Below the pieces are notes generated by a model. That model searched no databases, was not told the origin of the DNA, and saw only the letters and a list, made by a program, of their open reading frames with translations. DNA of 64,000 nucleotides from Spongospora subterranea f. sp. subterranea (lineage: Eukaryota), in the NCBI GenBank assembly GCA_049724395.1, contig JAUGWO010000136.1, forward strand, positions 62,001 through 126,000, in the 5' to 3' direction. Of the stretch, positions 38,048 through 52,789 are shown one piece after another (the first letter of the stretch is position 1; the number at the start of each line of letters is the position of its first letter). The position numbers and the translations under genes are program-made.

Positions 38048-40122
38048 ATGAAGTTTGATAAATGCTCAACGACATCTGGTATACGCGGTTGGACAAATTT
38101 GGCTGATTGATTTTGAAGTGTTGCGTTAGGTTCGATCAGCGCCGATTGCCTAGCCAAATGGAATGCGGATTTCCAAAGTGACAAGAAAAACATTCTGGCG
38201 GCTAATTCGGTGTGCCAGTCTGACGTGGCAGATGTGAAGAAGCTGATGCTCTTGTTTTACGAAATCTTACCATAATTGACCAGGTACTAATCAACCGCAA
38301 TGCAGTCGTACTCCATACCGACGCCGGATTCAATACTCGGATGTCATATGATGAAGCGAAAGTCACCGACCAAAAAAGCACGGTAAAGTCTCGATGAAAC
38401 TTACTTCCCCATCCTGCTGTTAATCATTATCCAGGGACGTTGTTGGCTATTCGGTAGGAGTTTAGGCTTCCTGCTTATTCCTCCAGTCGTTCATATGTAC
38501 TCTAGCTGCAACAAACATCTACCGGCTGCGCTTCATCAAAAAGTTTAATTTGGAGGATAACTTCGAACTTTCACAATCATATCTATTTTTTTGGGATAAA
38601 CTCGAAAAATCCAAGTCAGATTGTGCAGCAAATGTTTTCAAACGCTATTAATTAGTTTGCAACAGCTATTTCTTAGAAAATATTATCCAGACTCGCAACG
38701 AACCGCTCGAATCACGCATTGTCCACCATCTGCTATCAACTCCCATCAATGACGGAGGGCAATACGATATGTTCGTTAACATTATCGAAAAATATGGCAA
38801 GCCCTCTCTGTTGTAAATGGTACAAATTTAACAAAACTGTCCACTTAGGAATCGTCCCCAAGAGTGCATTTCCTGAAACTAAACACAGCTGCAATTCGCG
38901 CAGACTAAATGATCTTATAATCGCCAAATTGCGAGAATTTGCTATGGAACTTCGGGACTGTAGCGGAGGTTAATTTTCTACTCACATACAATTACCAACT
39001 CATAATGCTCAGATAAACTATGATCTTAGATGTCCAGAAGCTTAAAGATGCTCAGATGACTGTCATCTACCGTATAATGGTCATTTTCTTCGGCGTTCCG
39101 CCTTCAAAATTTACTTGGTATACATCTTTCGGAAAGATCTGCCTCAATCTAACTTTTTTAGGGGATTCCGCGATAAGAAGGAAAAGCAGTATTTCGAGCA
39201 CACCGTCTCTCCTCACGAATTCGCCACAAAGTTCGTCGCATTTGACACAGGCGACATGATATCACTGATAAGGTGGAGAATACTTCTTTCCTAAACGTGA
39301 CAAATGTTCATTTTTTCATTCTGGAATTAGCGACCCGCGCAACGAATATTACAAGTTATATACGGTGGAATACTTAGGAAACATTGTCGGGGGAAACCCC
39401 GTTAGATATGGTGACAGCTATGTTTTATCTTAATTGTCTTTTTAATTTACTGTAAAATAGTGAACGTCCCCATTGATGAACTCAGCAAATATGCTGCCAA
39501 AACCATTGCAGGCGGGGATCCAGTAAGTTTGCTTGCATGTTCTCATATCCTGTTGTTCACCAATTCGTAAATTCCAGGTGTGGTTTGGATGTGATGTTGG
39601 CAAGCATTTTAGTCGTGACCTGCATATTATGGATTTAGGTTTGGCGCGGACGTTACTTTCTTGAAACAGTTTGCATGATTGTTTGATTCAGAGATCTTCG
39701 ATTACAATCTCGTATTTGGTACTGAGCTTGCCCAAAATCGAGAGCAACGTTTGCGATATGGACAGGTATTTTTGTTTCTGACGTCAATCGAGAAATATGA
39801 TGGTTGATTGCCAAATATATAGAGTTTAATGACTCACGCCATGGTTCTAAACGCATTCCATGGGGATGCTGAGAAGGTGACCCGATGGAGGGTAGAAAAT
39901 TCGTGGGGAGATAAAGCCAATAAAGGGTTTGCAACTATGACTCATGAATGGTTCAAGCAATATGGTAAATTTCATATGGGCCTCTGGACAAATAATAATA
40001 ACGGCTGTTTAGTCTATCAAGTTGTTGTAAACAAATCAGTTTTGCCAAGCAAGATTACTGACGTTTTGAGTCAGACTCCAATTGCATTTCCGGCGTGGGA
40101 TCCAATGGGCAGCCTGGCCTAA
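38048..40122 (+). CDS. BLMH: Bleomycin hydrolase (peptidase C1B), many short exons
   Basis: DQKST|GRCWLF, FELSQSYLFFWDKLEKS, VWFGCDVG, SLMTHAMV, WRVENSWG, C-terminal PAWDPMGSLA*. Confidence 0.92.
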
Positions 40123-40169
40123 TCTCATCTTGTTCCGTGTTTATTAACCCATAATAAACACTGCCTCAA

Positions 40170-42789
40170 CAGAATCAATAACTCGTACATACCTCTTCCG
40201 AGTCTGGTTGGGCTTTGAGCCAAGTGCAAAAAATCCTACATTACAACTGTCTCTGATTGATTCCGATTGTTTATTTGCAATCTTGGACAGGTCTTAAATC
40301 TAAGTGTTTATAACATCTATTGTGGGGGTGGTGTGATCTCAGGCGATAATCCTGGCAATGTCACCTGATATTTCTTGCCTATACGATGGACAGGTATTCC
40401 ATTTTCTGTTTTTCCTGAGTCTTCAAGCCCATCTGGCTTGCTAAGTAAACTCCATTTGTGCTTCAAAACGCCCTGTCGTTCCTAACAAGCAAATATAGTT
40501 CAAACACGGCATCATGAAAAGCGAGTCGTTATGCACTCTTTCGAATTTATACGACGCCTTGGTTGCATATTCCTTCATAGATTGCAAAGCCTCGGGAAAA
40601 TCCTTGAGGATTGAATCAAATGATGCTTTAGAAAGACAGAATAGTTCACAATCGCTTAATGCAGTGACCGTTGCCGTCCGCCTCGACGTTAGTAACAACG
40701 CCAACTACCGCATCCAATCTCATTCCCAGGGATTTTGGTCATTCCCAATGATAATCGCTAACCTCACCGAAAAACTGCCCAGCTTCTAATACAGCCAAGA
40801 TTCGCCCGCGAGCATTGGTCACTTCAACTGCAATTGTTGAATGGTCCAGCAGTGTGAGTGGATGTTGAGCGCATTGTACCTCGACCATGGCGAATGAAAT
40901 ACATATCGTTTCCGACCTGTCCCTGGTTCAGGATACAATCGCCTTTAGCCCAGACCTCGCTAGTGATGCTTCGAAGCACATTTCTGGCCAGGATTTAGGA
41001 TCTGATCATAAGACAATCGAGCCCGGCAAGTCACCTGAGGAACGCGTCTCCAATGCCGTTCAGGAAGGGGACACTGCTGATGATGGACTTATTCAGGAAC
41101 ATTTGAACCTCAAGTATAAGTGCAGGGGATAATCCATTCAGAATTTGATTGTATCCAGTGAAAGAGGTGACCCCGAGCTGCAGATAATAGAAGCGATATT
41201 GGCCTTGGATACGAGCGATCAGATCTTGAGGCAATCGCTTCTTTCTAGAAAAGGAATGAGCAATCGCCGACCAGACCCTGTGTGAACCCTACTTCAGCGA
41301 GCTGTGAACAACTTCCAACTTGTTTCGGAAATTAGAGTCGGAGATGTCGATTTTCAGAAAGAGCGACGAAACTTGGCTGATGAGGAATGCGATCAACATT
41401 GACGACAACAGCATGAACGCGATCGTCACAACCTTTTCCTGTCCGACCAGATTTGAATCTCAGGGCGCATTGACTGGGCTAACTTCCTACCAATAAAGTG
41501 ATTGGGAAAAAGTCGCCATACCCGTTCCCTGACACGATGGTGATGGAGAAATACACACTCGTGATATACAGACTCGAGAACGTGATCGTATTGATATCGA
41601 TGTCGATGTAAACCTTTTGTAAGCGATAACGGTTGATGAGCCAAGTCCCAGCGACTTGATCACCATGAACTGCCAATGTCTGTTGGAACACGTTTATCAA
41701 CGCAAAACCGAGATGGGGATGAAGAACAGCTATTACCATCCATATACAGGTCATGAGATGAATCCCTGTGAGGACACAGAATCCAATCTTCAGTATTCGC
41801 AAAGATTCGTGTCCGAATTTCGCCAACACACGATTTGCGATTTCGTTCACTCTGAACAATCTCAACATTTTGAGTATGGCGATGTTCTAAGAAGGAAATA
41901 ACGATAAATTGTGAGATTTGATAAAGGGGCGACCAGGTTGAACCTTCCAATTCGCGAATATGTGAATCATTCCAACCGAAGGGGAATTATCAACGAGGAC
42001 TTCGAATGGGATAATTGAAAGGAGATCCGATATGAAACACGATCTCAGATAACGCCTAATGATTAGCCGATGATCGTAGACAATTCCATCTAACTCTTCA
42101 TATCCGGTTAACAGGCAGAACCCCATATCGATAGCGAACCACACGTTCATGACGGCTTCGGCTATATCGCAACCATTCGGCAGATCATCTCGCCAGGACA
42201 GCCGTATTGGAACAGCAATCTAAAATGTACCGACAGCCACAATTAACAAGCAGGCAACGGGAATTGCGACAGCAATAAACGTGTGTTCCCCATGGCGATT
42301 GCAAGGTTTTAAGGCAAACAGAGGAGGAAATAGGGGCAATGGGAATACATCCTGAACACGTACAGAGAAATATATAATGGTGAACGCTATTAGAACATCC
42401 CATATCATCCTAGTAGGCGATCGTGGATTCATGAACACCATTCCATCAATTACAACCATGAACCCTTTCGGATCCAGATTGAATTCTTCCAGGAGAAATT
42501 TCACTTTATCAGCTGCTGGAGCGGCAGCTCGCATTTTGAAGACACCCGTTTGGGTTTCTTGCAGTTTTGGACGATCATCACGATAGTGAAAGACCTGGCC
42601 CGCCGTTTTTTTAGCGACTAATGGAACCGACGATTGAGGGCCGTCGTTCCACAGCGAATCGGCAACAGAGGAGCGACGCTCGTTGAGAAATTGACTCAAT
42701 GAAAGCCATTTGGTGATTGAGTGATACAGCGAGGCCCATGCGGTCTCAGGGGCGGGAGCAGCTTGGTCTTGCACCCGATTGTTGACCAT
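40170..42789 (-). CDS. Cyclic-nucleotide-binding-domain cation channel (multi-exon; 3' end approximate)
   Basis: IIRRYLRSCFISDLLSIIPF, S4-like LRLFRV, pore YFSITIVSGNGYGD, CNBD ALLLTSRRTATVTALSDCELFCLSKASFDSILKDFP. Confidence 0.85.
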
Positions 42790-42980
42790 GGATGAGCACG
42801 GGCACGATCAATATCGCGGTACGCTAAGATGATCAGTTGCATTTGGACCAACAACAACATGAACCGCTTCTACAGCGATCTGCATTGTCGAAATTGATCT
42901 GGAGCTTTATTGTAGGGGTTGTGAGGAAATAAATAGATAATGTTGAAATAATAGGGAGGGCGAATCGGGATTGCGAACCA

Positions 42981-45900
42981 TCAGGCGGCGCGATCTCGAA
43001 CCATCTCCTCGTTTAGGATCGTTTGCCCAAGATCATCTTGAAGGCTGTGAGGCTGTCCCATACGTCTAAGATAATCCCGGGAACTCGCCAACGCCCTGAA
43101 ATTGGAAATCAAATTACGGCCAGGAGCTCGTCAATGTTTAGATATTCTACAGACCTGTCAACAGACAATCCGATATTCTCGGGAAATAGCCAATCCTGAA
43201 TCCATCGAGGGAATTTCGACCTCTTATCTGCTCGGCGATATCTGGAAAAGACTTTAATCTTTTGCCCACTTACACTTCCAGGTTTATGAATACCGTTGGT
43301 CAGCGAAGATCATCAAACCATAATCGGTCTTGGAGCGAATGATGCGACCAATACATTGCGACGCTTGTCTCATTGCGTCAAAGGAAAGGAAATCGCCTTC
43401 TCTGTCAGGGAAATAAGTGCAAGAAGTGGATGGAAGTGGCGTTATTATGATTCACCGAATATTAAAACTGTCGCGGAGGAATTGCAACCTCGCTCGGAGG
43501 ACTTTACTCAATGTATACTGGAACGGAATTCCAAACATGATAACAGCCCGACCGTAATGATTAGAAAAATCTACACCTTCAGACACTGAATATACACAAC
43601 CACCATTGATGAGCTATAAAATCGATATGACAACAGAAATTGGAACCTTTTCCTCTTGCTATTGAAAGGAAAATCGCTCCTCGCCCTGTTTTACCATTAA
43701 AGAACAACCTGACGACGAAGAAAAAATCCTATTACCTGCGTCACAAGCTCGTTTGAACGATTCGAGAGCTAAAGAGGTCTCGACAACGTCTTTCGTCTCA
43801 ATGAAAATCAATTTATGCTGAAGAACTTGTTTCAATAAGCCCAGGCGATCCCATTCAGTGACTATCTCTTCCATATATAGATAACTGATCAATTTCAGTA
43901 TCTTTTGACGCTCAACGGACCACCGCCACCGTTGCATACCTGGTAAAAAACGCCACCATACCATCTGGACAGGTTTGCGCGAGTTCAAGTAGAAGCTTTC
44001 CGTAATTGGAGATGACTGAGATATCTTTTCTGGCATCGAACTTCGACGTTAATTCAGTCTGGTCGTTCCCTTTGGTCACTATTAAGGGGAAAACGCTAGC
44101 TCGGGCACTGGAAAGTGACATCGGGAAACTTTCGCAGACCTACGAAGTAGGGATAAGATCGAGAACAGATTTCAAAAGGGATGAATCACGACTTTGGGTG
44201 AGAAATTCAACAACTTTGGGTACAGATCGATGGGCGATAATGTGCCAGACGTGATGATAACGTTCCTGTTGGACGTCCTCAGAAATAATATGGAAAAAGT
44301 TGGCACAAACGCACTTGAACTTGTCTAATATCGGCTTGAGGGCAATGGAGGCGTCCAAGCAACACAGTCTAAGCACAGGATCGGGAATGTGTGGAGTCCG
44401 ATCATTGAACGGTTCCATTAAAACAGCGAATCCTGAACCGTGGTCAGCTCCCTGCAATGCTGACGAAGCGTTTATGTAGGTCACCTTTATCATAAGTGCT
44501 AACCAGAGTGGCAAAATCTGCAACTGATTGCAGAGGACGAAACTCGTCTAGATCAGATAACTGCAAAGTTTTAAGAAGAGACCCCATTCGGTCGTAAACA
44601 AACTTCAGAGACTGCGTTTGAAGAGGTCTCATGCCTACATGGTTGATAGAATGAAAACTTGACAGCAATGTGTACAGCAACTAACCAGAATGGCGCTCCA
44701 AAGAGGCAATAAACTGAGCAGGTGTCTCCTGGGTAACGGCGCGATCTGCATGGAAAAATAATATTATTGGCGATCCTACGATTCAACTAAATTTAACTGG
44801 CCTTTTAGCCGGGCTTTGAAATATTGAACGATAGTATTGAGGAACATAATGAAATGTTTGGCTTTTCGAATATTGCCTGGTACCGCTTTTTTCAAAATAT
44901 CAGGGGGAAGGACAGGACTACTGCGAGAATTATCATCTGATGCGATGTCAGCAAAGCGAAAATAACAAAATCGAGATAATACCGGATTGTGTGATTCCTT
45001 GTATCAACCGCTGGTATTCGAAGTTCAACCGCTCGGCGTCCTCGGCTTCAACCTGCTTGATTTTATTGCTCAGCTTCTGTAGATTCGAAGACGACTGTGA
45101 TAAAATCCGTTTTGTCAGGTTCACACTCAGAGCTGCAAACGGGGTCAAAACTTAAAGCTATGAATCACCAGCATTGTCTGACCTTCTATGCAGATACTAT
45201 CGATGTTATGCGCCTCATCGAACACAATAATTGCATTTCGTTCAATAGCTCTGGACACCATACCAGAAATCTTGGGATCGATCATATATCTATTGTTGCA
45301 CGTTAAAACTCCGATAAATTGCTGAATATTATTGACAAAACGAACTGGTAATTATAGACGATTATATCAGCTTGATTAATCGTATATCTCGCTAGATAGT
45401 ATGGACACCATGTGCGCTTTAAACCGATATCTTTGAGATCGTCCAAAGAAACCACTAAAATTAAAATTCAATCTCACACAACCTAACCGATAGTTCTGAA
45501 TTACCTCCGGTTATATCGAGGTTATCTCGCCCACAATTCTCAAAGTTGCTCATAGAAGTCGCATACCTGTGGATCTCAGTCAACTCAGCATTGAATTTGG
45601 AGCATAAACTTCGGTTTTCAGACCTCGATGTTCTTGTTTTTGACATGTTCAGAGCGAACCCATTCCGATGTTAAATTTCGGCATAATGCATCGACTTTAT
45701 CGCGCTTATCAAATTTGGAAACTGGTTGAACAATTTACAAATCATGTAGAGAGAATGGCAAGAGCAATCAAAATACCGGTAGGGTGAACACACATATTAC
45801 GTCGAGAAGATAAGCAAACGGCCAGCGCTTTTGGGGCATCCGTCATTTCTGTTTGGAACCGAGTTTTGGGAAAAAATTATATAATGAATTGAGGTGAAAG

Positions 45901-46438
45901 AGATACCATTGGCTATGCATTTGTCCCTATAGGCCATTACCACCTTCAGCTCCGCCATTACTTTATCCATTTCCTGCACAGTTCTGTAGGAAACGCAAGA
46001 GTGAGGTTTCAGATTGAGAGACAGTGCAAGAAGAAAGCGATGATAAACCTGGTACAATATACCAACTTTCCAGCTTCAGGATGCTGAAATTGATACGACG
46101 TTATCAACGACTAAGACAAAATGAATTTCAGTAAAGCGTCGAGTGGAAAGGACTGAAAAAAAACATAGAAAACCAGAACGACTAGCGTGTAAAATTATGC
46201 CATGTTATCATACTAATAGAGTGACAGTTTTGCCAGTTCCAGTGGGCATCTCGAGTAAACAATGCCCTGGATCTACAGACGCCAGTGTTTTCTTGACTTG
46301 GCGCATATAGGCGACCTGCTCTGGATACATCTGCCCATTCACGATCAGAAAAGGCCACGTTCAAGCTGGATAGAAGCACCTCATCCTGACCTGATCATAA
46401 GGGAAAAATACTCTCAATCCATCCAAGCTGAACTGCAT
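42981..46438 (-). CDS. ERCC2: TFIIH DNA helicase XPD/Rad3 (multi-exon)
   Basis: Start [87 protein letters not shown]. Ends ...RRMGQP...RAA* at 42981. Confidence 0.95.
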
Positions 46439-46741
46439 ATCTTTGGCAGTTTCAGAAACGACCACTGATGTAAGGTCCGGTTAAATGGGACCCTGCCTTT
46501 CTGTCTGCAGATGAACTGGCCACCACAGCAGCAGATCAACCGATTAACGTGCGGACAATTGCTATCACTACCAGACCCAATCCAAGTGTAGCGAGAATCG
46601 CTTGAGACGTTACGAGTCTGCAATTGCTTCGAAGCGCTCTCAGGAATGGGGAACTATTGGATTGCACAACTGTTCTGTTTGCGAAATGGGGAATGTACTG
46701 GTTTCACAAAAACGTGGAGATAACTTAAATATGATTGTTAT

Positions 46742-49095
46742 TTATGATCCTAATATTTCTTGAATACATTTCGAGAAAACATTATTGCTTCGATGTTGTA
46801 CCCAGCGTTTCAATACAAGTTTGGTCATGGCGACATCTTGCTGCCCCGACAGTTGGCCCGCTATATGTGAGTCTGGACGGCATGATGCACTATTAGCATT
46901 ATTTAATTCCTGCGTTAAGGTTTCGTAGTATTTTCCGTTCATGTCCAGATCAATGCCTTTAAATTGCAGCCAGCGAGCGCATCCAGCTTCAAATTGACCT
47001 GCTTGCATCCAAAGGACACAAAGGTTGAACACAGCCTCCTTACACTCTGTAAACACGTTAGTAAACGCGAAAGGACTGCTGACTCCACAGTCTACCAAAT
47101 TGGAATATTGCCCATTGCATCATTTCAATCGCTTTGTCACCATGACCAAGGCAAGCCAGACACAAACCTTTGTTGATATAAGCTTGAGACTAAATGCCAA
47201 GCATTGATTGATTTCCAATTAATAATCATTTTTCGTGGAACGAACCTTCAACTTCGATAATGACATGGGATCTAACAAATGCAGATTATATTCTTCTGCA
47301 ACTCCATGTCCTATACGCGCAACTTGTAAGATTAACACTGAATCAGGACTAGATATCTGACGATAATACTGGTCCACCTCCGATATCAGCGCATTTTGCA
47401 AGTATCAAGTCACACCCTGCAATAGCTGCGTCGAAGCGCTCCGAGGCGAACAGAGCCTCGCATTTATACATTGATACCACAATGTCATGAGGATATTCGC
47501 TTAGTACAATATCGCAAGCAGATATGGCGTCAGCATATCGGTCTTTGAGGCACAGCATAAGATGAATACGGCGACGTTCGGTTGCTACTTTTTCGCTAGG
47601 CCCAACCTTAAGGTACATTATAAAAATTATTATGCACTTAAACTAAACCCGCTCACCGTATCCATCAAGGTGATGGCTTTTGTGAAATTCCCTTGCAATT
47701 CCAACTGAATCGAAAGACGCGAAATAACATCGACGCGAGGAACCAAGGGTGAATTGCCACTTGATCTGTCTTCGGAGCATTCCTGCACAATACTCAAAAA
47801 GTGCCGAAATTGAAAATGCAGGATAACCTCAATTATAGCTTCGTATATATAAATTGCTTCCTTTGCTTGTGATTGAAGCTCATGGACTATGGCGATATTA
47901 AACGCTGAAAGCAATTCGGTTCTGTTATTACGAATCGCCCGTTGTAGATATTGCATCTGAATCCAGATTTAGTCATTGGACGCCAATACCAAGCCCACGA
48001 GCTTACAGCTTCTTCAAAGTTTCCCAACTCAATTAAGCATACACCGATCATAAGACAAGAGTCATGCCGACGGTGATCATCAGCGAAGCTGCCTTTGAAC
48101 AGTAACAAAGCTTTTGAGTATTGCTTTGAAGAATATAATATGTAGCCTGTACGTCGCTAGATTCATAGGAGACTCGATCAATTTATATTCTAACCATAAA
48201 AGAACAAAATATATCCCGGTTGCGAATCTCTGTGCTCGCTAAGAGTTTGCATCGATAGGGACACGGCGCCGTCATTCGAAGGATTGTCATATTGTAGGCT
48301 GTATGTCAGTGTCAGCGAAGGAAACGGTTTCTCAGCATATACGATCACCAATAGAACCGAGCAACCACTGATAAATATACAACATCAGAGCGATGCTGGG
48401 GGAGTCGACTGCAAAGTTTCAATGCAAGCGAATATCGGCCAAGTGCAATCAAAATCGATGAGAGCATGCATAAGACGTCTATTTCTACCCGCTCCTGCAC
48501 CCAGAATTTCAAGGACTACGATAGGGAACAATTACGTGTTGTACCGAAACAATGGCTTCATCATGGCCTTCGATTCTGTCTTCTAGCAAACCTGGATTTT
48601 TTCAGCAGGGTAGAGTGTGGAAAAACGATTATATTTACTTAAGACTCCATGCCCAACAGGCAATCTGGCACAAATTGGCCATGCTCCAGAGTAATTAACA
48701 AGAAAGGACAACGCCCTTTCTGGGTTATTCAACTTCAAGGTAATTATCCGTGCTACCGTATATTGCAATGAAAGGAGAGCACATCCCAATTTTCTGTCTC
48801 CTTGCAACCAATTAGCTGAACACAATTGCACAAATAACTGAAACGCAGGATATTATTTTGATGCCTCTTACATAACGCCATATCACAGCGCGATATCAAA
48901 AAGGCGACCACGCTTTGCACTTCGTCAGTAATCGCATGCATCTGTGCCCAGAATTAATCACGGCCCAATCACATGTTGTTGTCAACGGTTTACATGGACA
49001 TCTATATAATGCGAGAGCTGGACCACCTCTTGACCTAATACGTCCTGCGAGACTAGAGCTGATTGATAATAATGCCTGCATTGATCATGATACAT
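46742..49095 (-). CDS. Hypothetical TPR-like repeat protein (multi-exon)
   Basis: Helical repeat exons: IGVCLIELGNFEEAV, AFNIAIVHELQSQAKEAI, YKCEALFASERFDAAI, AVFNLCVLWMQAG. Confidence 0.55.
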
Positions 49096-49299
49096 GACGT
49101 TTGTCCTAGGAGCAACCCTCACGGGTGGTGTCTGGTGATCAGTGCACGGACCGCCATCATGCGTTACTCACTGCCACCACATCTCAAAAAACGATCGCGT
49201 TGAATTGAGAGGACGGAATAAGCTGCTCGGGTGGCAGAGCTCTCGACCAGCAAACCTTACCGGAGGAAACCATAGTTCAACCGATTGACGACCGCAGAA

Positions 49300-50082
49300 T
49301 TTGTCGTAATAATACTTCTATAGGGATCGACGTGTCTACTTTTGTTCGCACATCTTTCGAAGGGTAGTGGAAGTTTTCGTTCGATGATGCTATAAAGCAG
49401 TTCTAAATTCATGTTAGTATAAAGTGAATAAACATCGCAAGTAACTAGGAAGGAATGTGGGTAAAAATCAACTCCTACTAGAAATCTAAAACGAGCTCTA
49501 CGCTCTAAATACGACCGACTTTTTGAAGATCTCCATCCAATCTTCACGCCGGTGATTTACGATTCTTAAAAGTTCATCAATACACTTTCCCCGCGTTTTA
49601 ATTACACAAACCAGGGAAGACCAATCTCCTCTCAGTATTTTTCTCGATGCTCTCTTCGTTCAAAATATCATTGCAACTACGTGTCAAAGAACTCTCAACA
49701 AGTTATTAACACTATAGAAGGAGTTGATTTTTACCCAAATATTCCTTCCCAGTTACTTGCGATGTTTTCTCTACTTTATACTAACATGAATTTAGAAATG
49801 CTCTATAACATCATCGAACGAAAAACTTCCACTACCCTTCGAAAAGATGTGCGAGTTCATTTCTAACTGTTGAATTCTCATCAAGATCGTCTAAGAAGAT
49901 ATTGGCGCATTGGACAGCTGCATTTGTGCCCATGGTGATGCCTTTGACTTGCTGGTAGACGACTGTTCCGTATTGAAAGGAGTTGTGGCACAAACGGTAT
50001 CTGTCTGATTCGATTCGAGAAATTGAAACGTAAGATTTGATGTCACGGCGTAATGAATTTTGCGACATCCGCTCTCATCCAC
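49300..50082. mobile_element. Rearranged Penelope-like retroelement RT relic
   Basis: FLVTCDVYSLYTNMNL occurs on both strands, and NSFQYGTVVYQQVKGITMGTNAAVQCANIFL on the minus strand; both are PLE-type RT motifs. Confidence 0.75.
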
Positions 50083-50199
50083 TGTTCGCTGATCAGAGAG
50101 TTGTCTTCTGTACGATTATGGAACTTTCCACAAATGAATGACATTTTTTCCTATGAGGCCGTTACCAAACAACAACGCCTCGAATAGAGTTTTAATAAG

Positions 50200-50972
50200 T
50201 TAAGCTGCAATCCAGTCCCAAATATTGTCCCCCTTTTGGATTCTACGCCACAATAGCTGATGATCTTGCTGTGGACGGCTGAACTTGATACTTGAATTAT
50301 TTTCAGTTAAATACAATCGATCTAAACTCCTCATTACACAAAGGTCGACCTGTTGTTGATACAGGCTGACATCCTTATTCCATAGATTTAACGCTTCTGA
50401 GTTACTAGGAAGATCCCTTTCCCACATATCGGTGCTATCAATTATGGACCTGTTTCGGGGAACACTCTTAATCCAAGACTATATTGTGGCCGACCAGAAT
50501 ATCTCACTTGACAAAGATCAACAAATTGGCTACATTACCATTGGGTTGCCAATTGTTGAACGATGAAAGGTCCACGAGTCCAGATTCTGGATCAATCATT
50601 GGATGGAATACCGACGATGAGAATTTTACAATCGGACAAGTCTCTGGAAAGGAATCCGGGAATTGCAATATGAACGTGAGAATCGCCCGACGATATATTC
50701 CATGCTGGACAAATATGACACCGTGCCAGATGGATATATTGTCTAAATCTGGAACTATATACATTCCTGAAGGTATTTCATCCGACAGCTTCTGGCTATA
50801 CCCAGGTGTCGAATTTTTCAACAACCGATGCAGATGTATACAAAACCTGTTATACATACAATTCCATCATCAGGGAATATTGACGAAGACGATCATGATA
50901 GGACTCGGTGGGAGCGGAAACACTAGTGGCGGGAACGATGGGCTTAGATCTGGTAAATAGGCGGCCGATCAT
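50200..50972 (-). CDS. AKTIP: AKTIP/FTS-like ubiquitin-conjugating enzyme variant (multi-exon)
   Basis: QYSLMMEF..IPSGMYIVP..WHGVIFVQHGIYRRAILTFILQFPDSFP..VFHPMIDPESGLVDL; no catalytic Cys in the expected position. Confidence 0.75.
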
Positions 50973-52789
50973 CGCACCTGTGTCCAATAATATTGCAGGC
51001 GGAGTTTGCAATGATTAACCGTTCATGGACACTTCAATTTCAAAAGGAAAAATCCGAAATTCGTTTACGCCGCATGAGAGCAGAGACGGTGCTTGACACC
51101 AAACTCTTGGGTTATGTTTGTTCAAGGATCGTAATCAAATCCATGTTTATTGTTTTGACGTTATATTAAATTCGAAAACAATCATTGTAAATTTTCCGAT
51201 GCGATTCTGGTACCTGGCTATCGCATTGTAGATTTCCCGCAAACCAGTGCTAAATTTACACTCGTTAGCAACCAAATATGGATACAACATAGTATAACAG
51301 ACTAGTTAACGGATCAGGACAGGCATCAAGTCGAAGATTTACTTTCTGTTGAATTGTGAGAATGAGTTTTCTTAGTTATACACGAACCCTGCTTTTGTTC
51401 CGATCGAGGAGGTCTCCAATTCACTCGCTTCCGAGTGTTAAAGAACCCTATACTTCAAGGTCAATAAAGTTTTGCAGGCATTTTGATTGGCTGAACGTAC
51501 AGTTTGCGACCATGGAAGAGTTGACATCGCCTCCACATTGCTCGATCAACTGCTGCTGCGGAAGAGATAAGCAAAGTCGGCAAAATATATCAAGATGAGA
51601 AATACCTTCTCTGCAGCGGTTGGATAGGGATATGATAAATGGTCTTCAAACCACCTTTGCAAAATGGCTTTTGTCGAAGGCAGCAACTAAAATCGAACAT
51701 TAGATTCTGTTCTATAGTTAAAAATTGGCATCGTCTACCCTGGTGCGTCGTTTTGTCTCTATCTTATTTGGAAATATTTTTGGAGAGCGCATCTTGGCAT
51801 TGTTGCTTCGGATTTCTGCTATAATGTCGTTAGCGTATTTGCCCGAGTCCCATGAGAGTTGGCCCATTAGTTTGTGTAATTCGGGGTATCGATAAAATCG
51901 TCTGGTCTGTAATTGGCCTATGTTGCTAAGGTAAATAACCCATCCTGACCGAAAAGATCAACACCGCATACTGCTATCCTCGCCTGACACTCCCACTAGT
52001 GGACTACCAGCTCTTTGAATTTCCTGTGCGCGATTTTTGTTTTGATTTGACATTCCAGTCACCTACAGGACATGTGTCTGATTTTGTAGATATGTGGAAG
52101 CCAAACCAAGATGGCGATTAGAAGTAGCCAGCTGGCCTGGCAAATTGCTGACCGCAGTCGAGTGTAGTCTGATGGGTGTAGTGTACTCGCCCATGACCCT
52201 ATGGGGTTACAATTCACGGGTTACGGGTTACCCCGTCCATCCAGAAATGCGGAGGCCGCGATCCCCCTGTCCACAGTATCAGGGACGAGTACAGCGAGGA
52301 GTGCACCGCCAGTCGTGATTCACGCGTTATCGTCTCATCGTCGAGTCGTTATCGATACAGTTGCGTTTATGGCCATAATCCATATCACTATTTCATCAAT
52401 CGGGGGGAGCAGATCACATCGCATCCATGGAACCCCGATCACCATCAAACTTGACCATCAACTCCAGACAAATGTCGATGTTCGCTTTGTGCACAACTTT
52501 GTTGGATTTGGTTGCTGTACCCTGGTTTTTTTTATTGACTAATGCAATTGATTGCTATCAAAATTCGACAGATGTCGTCGCCAAAAAATGAACAAGCGAA
52601 ACGCGACGCCAAGGCTAGTCAACGCTGTGTCAACATGAGAAGATAATTTTGATCGAAAGAATCATTTTTCCGGAGTCGCTCTCTGTTGACTCACACTTCT
52701 AGATATTCATTCAGGGAAACCGTTAGCTTTGGATCATTATTATAATTCGATTCGAAAGGAGGTCGATCCAACTGAAACAAGTCAATTCA

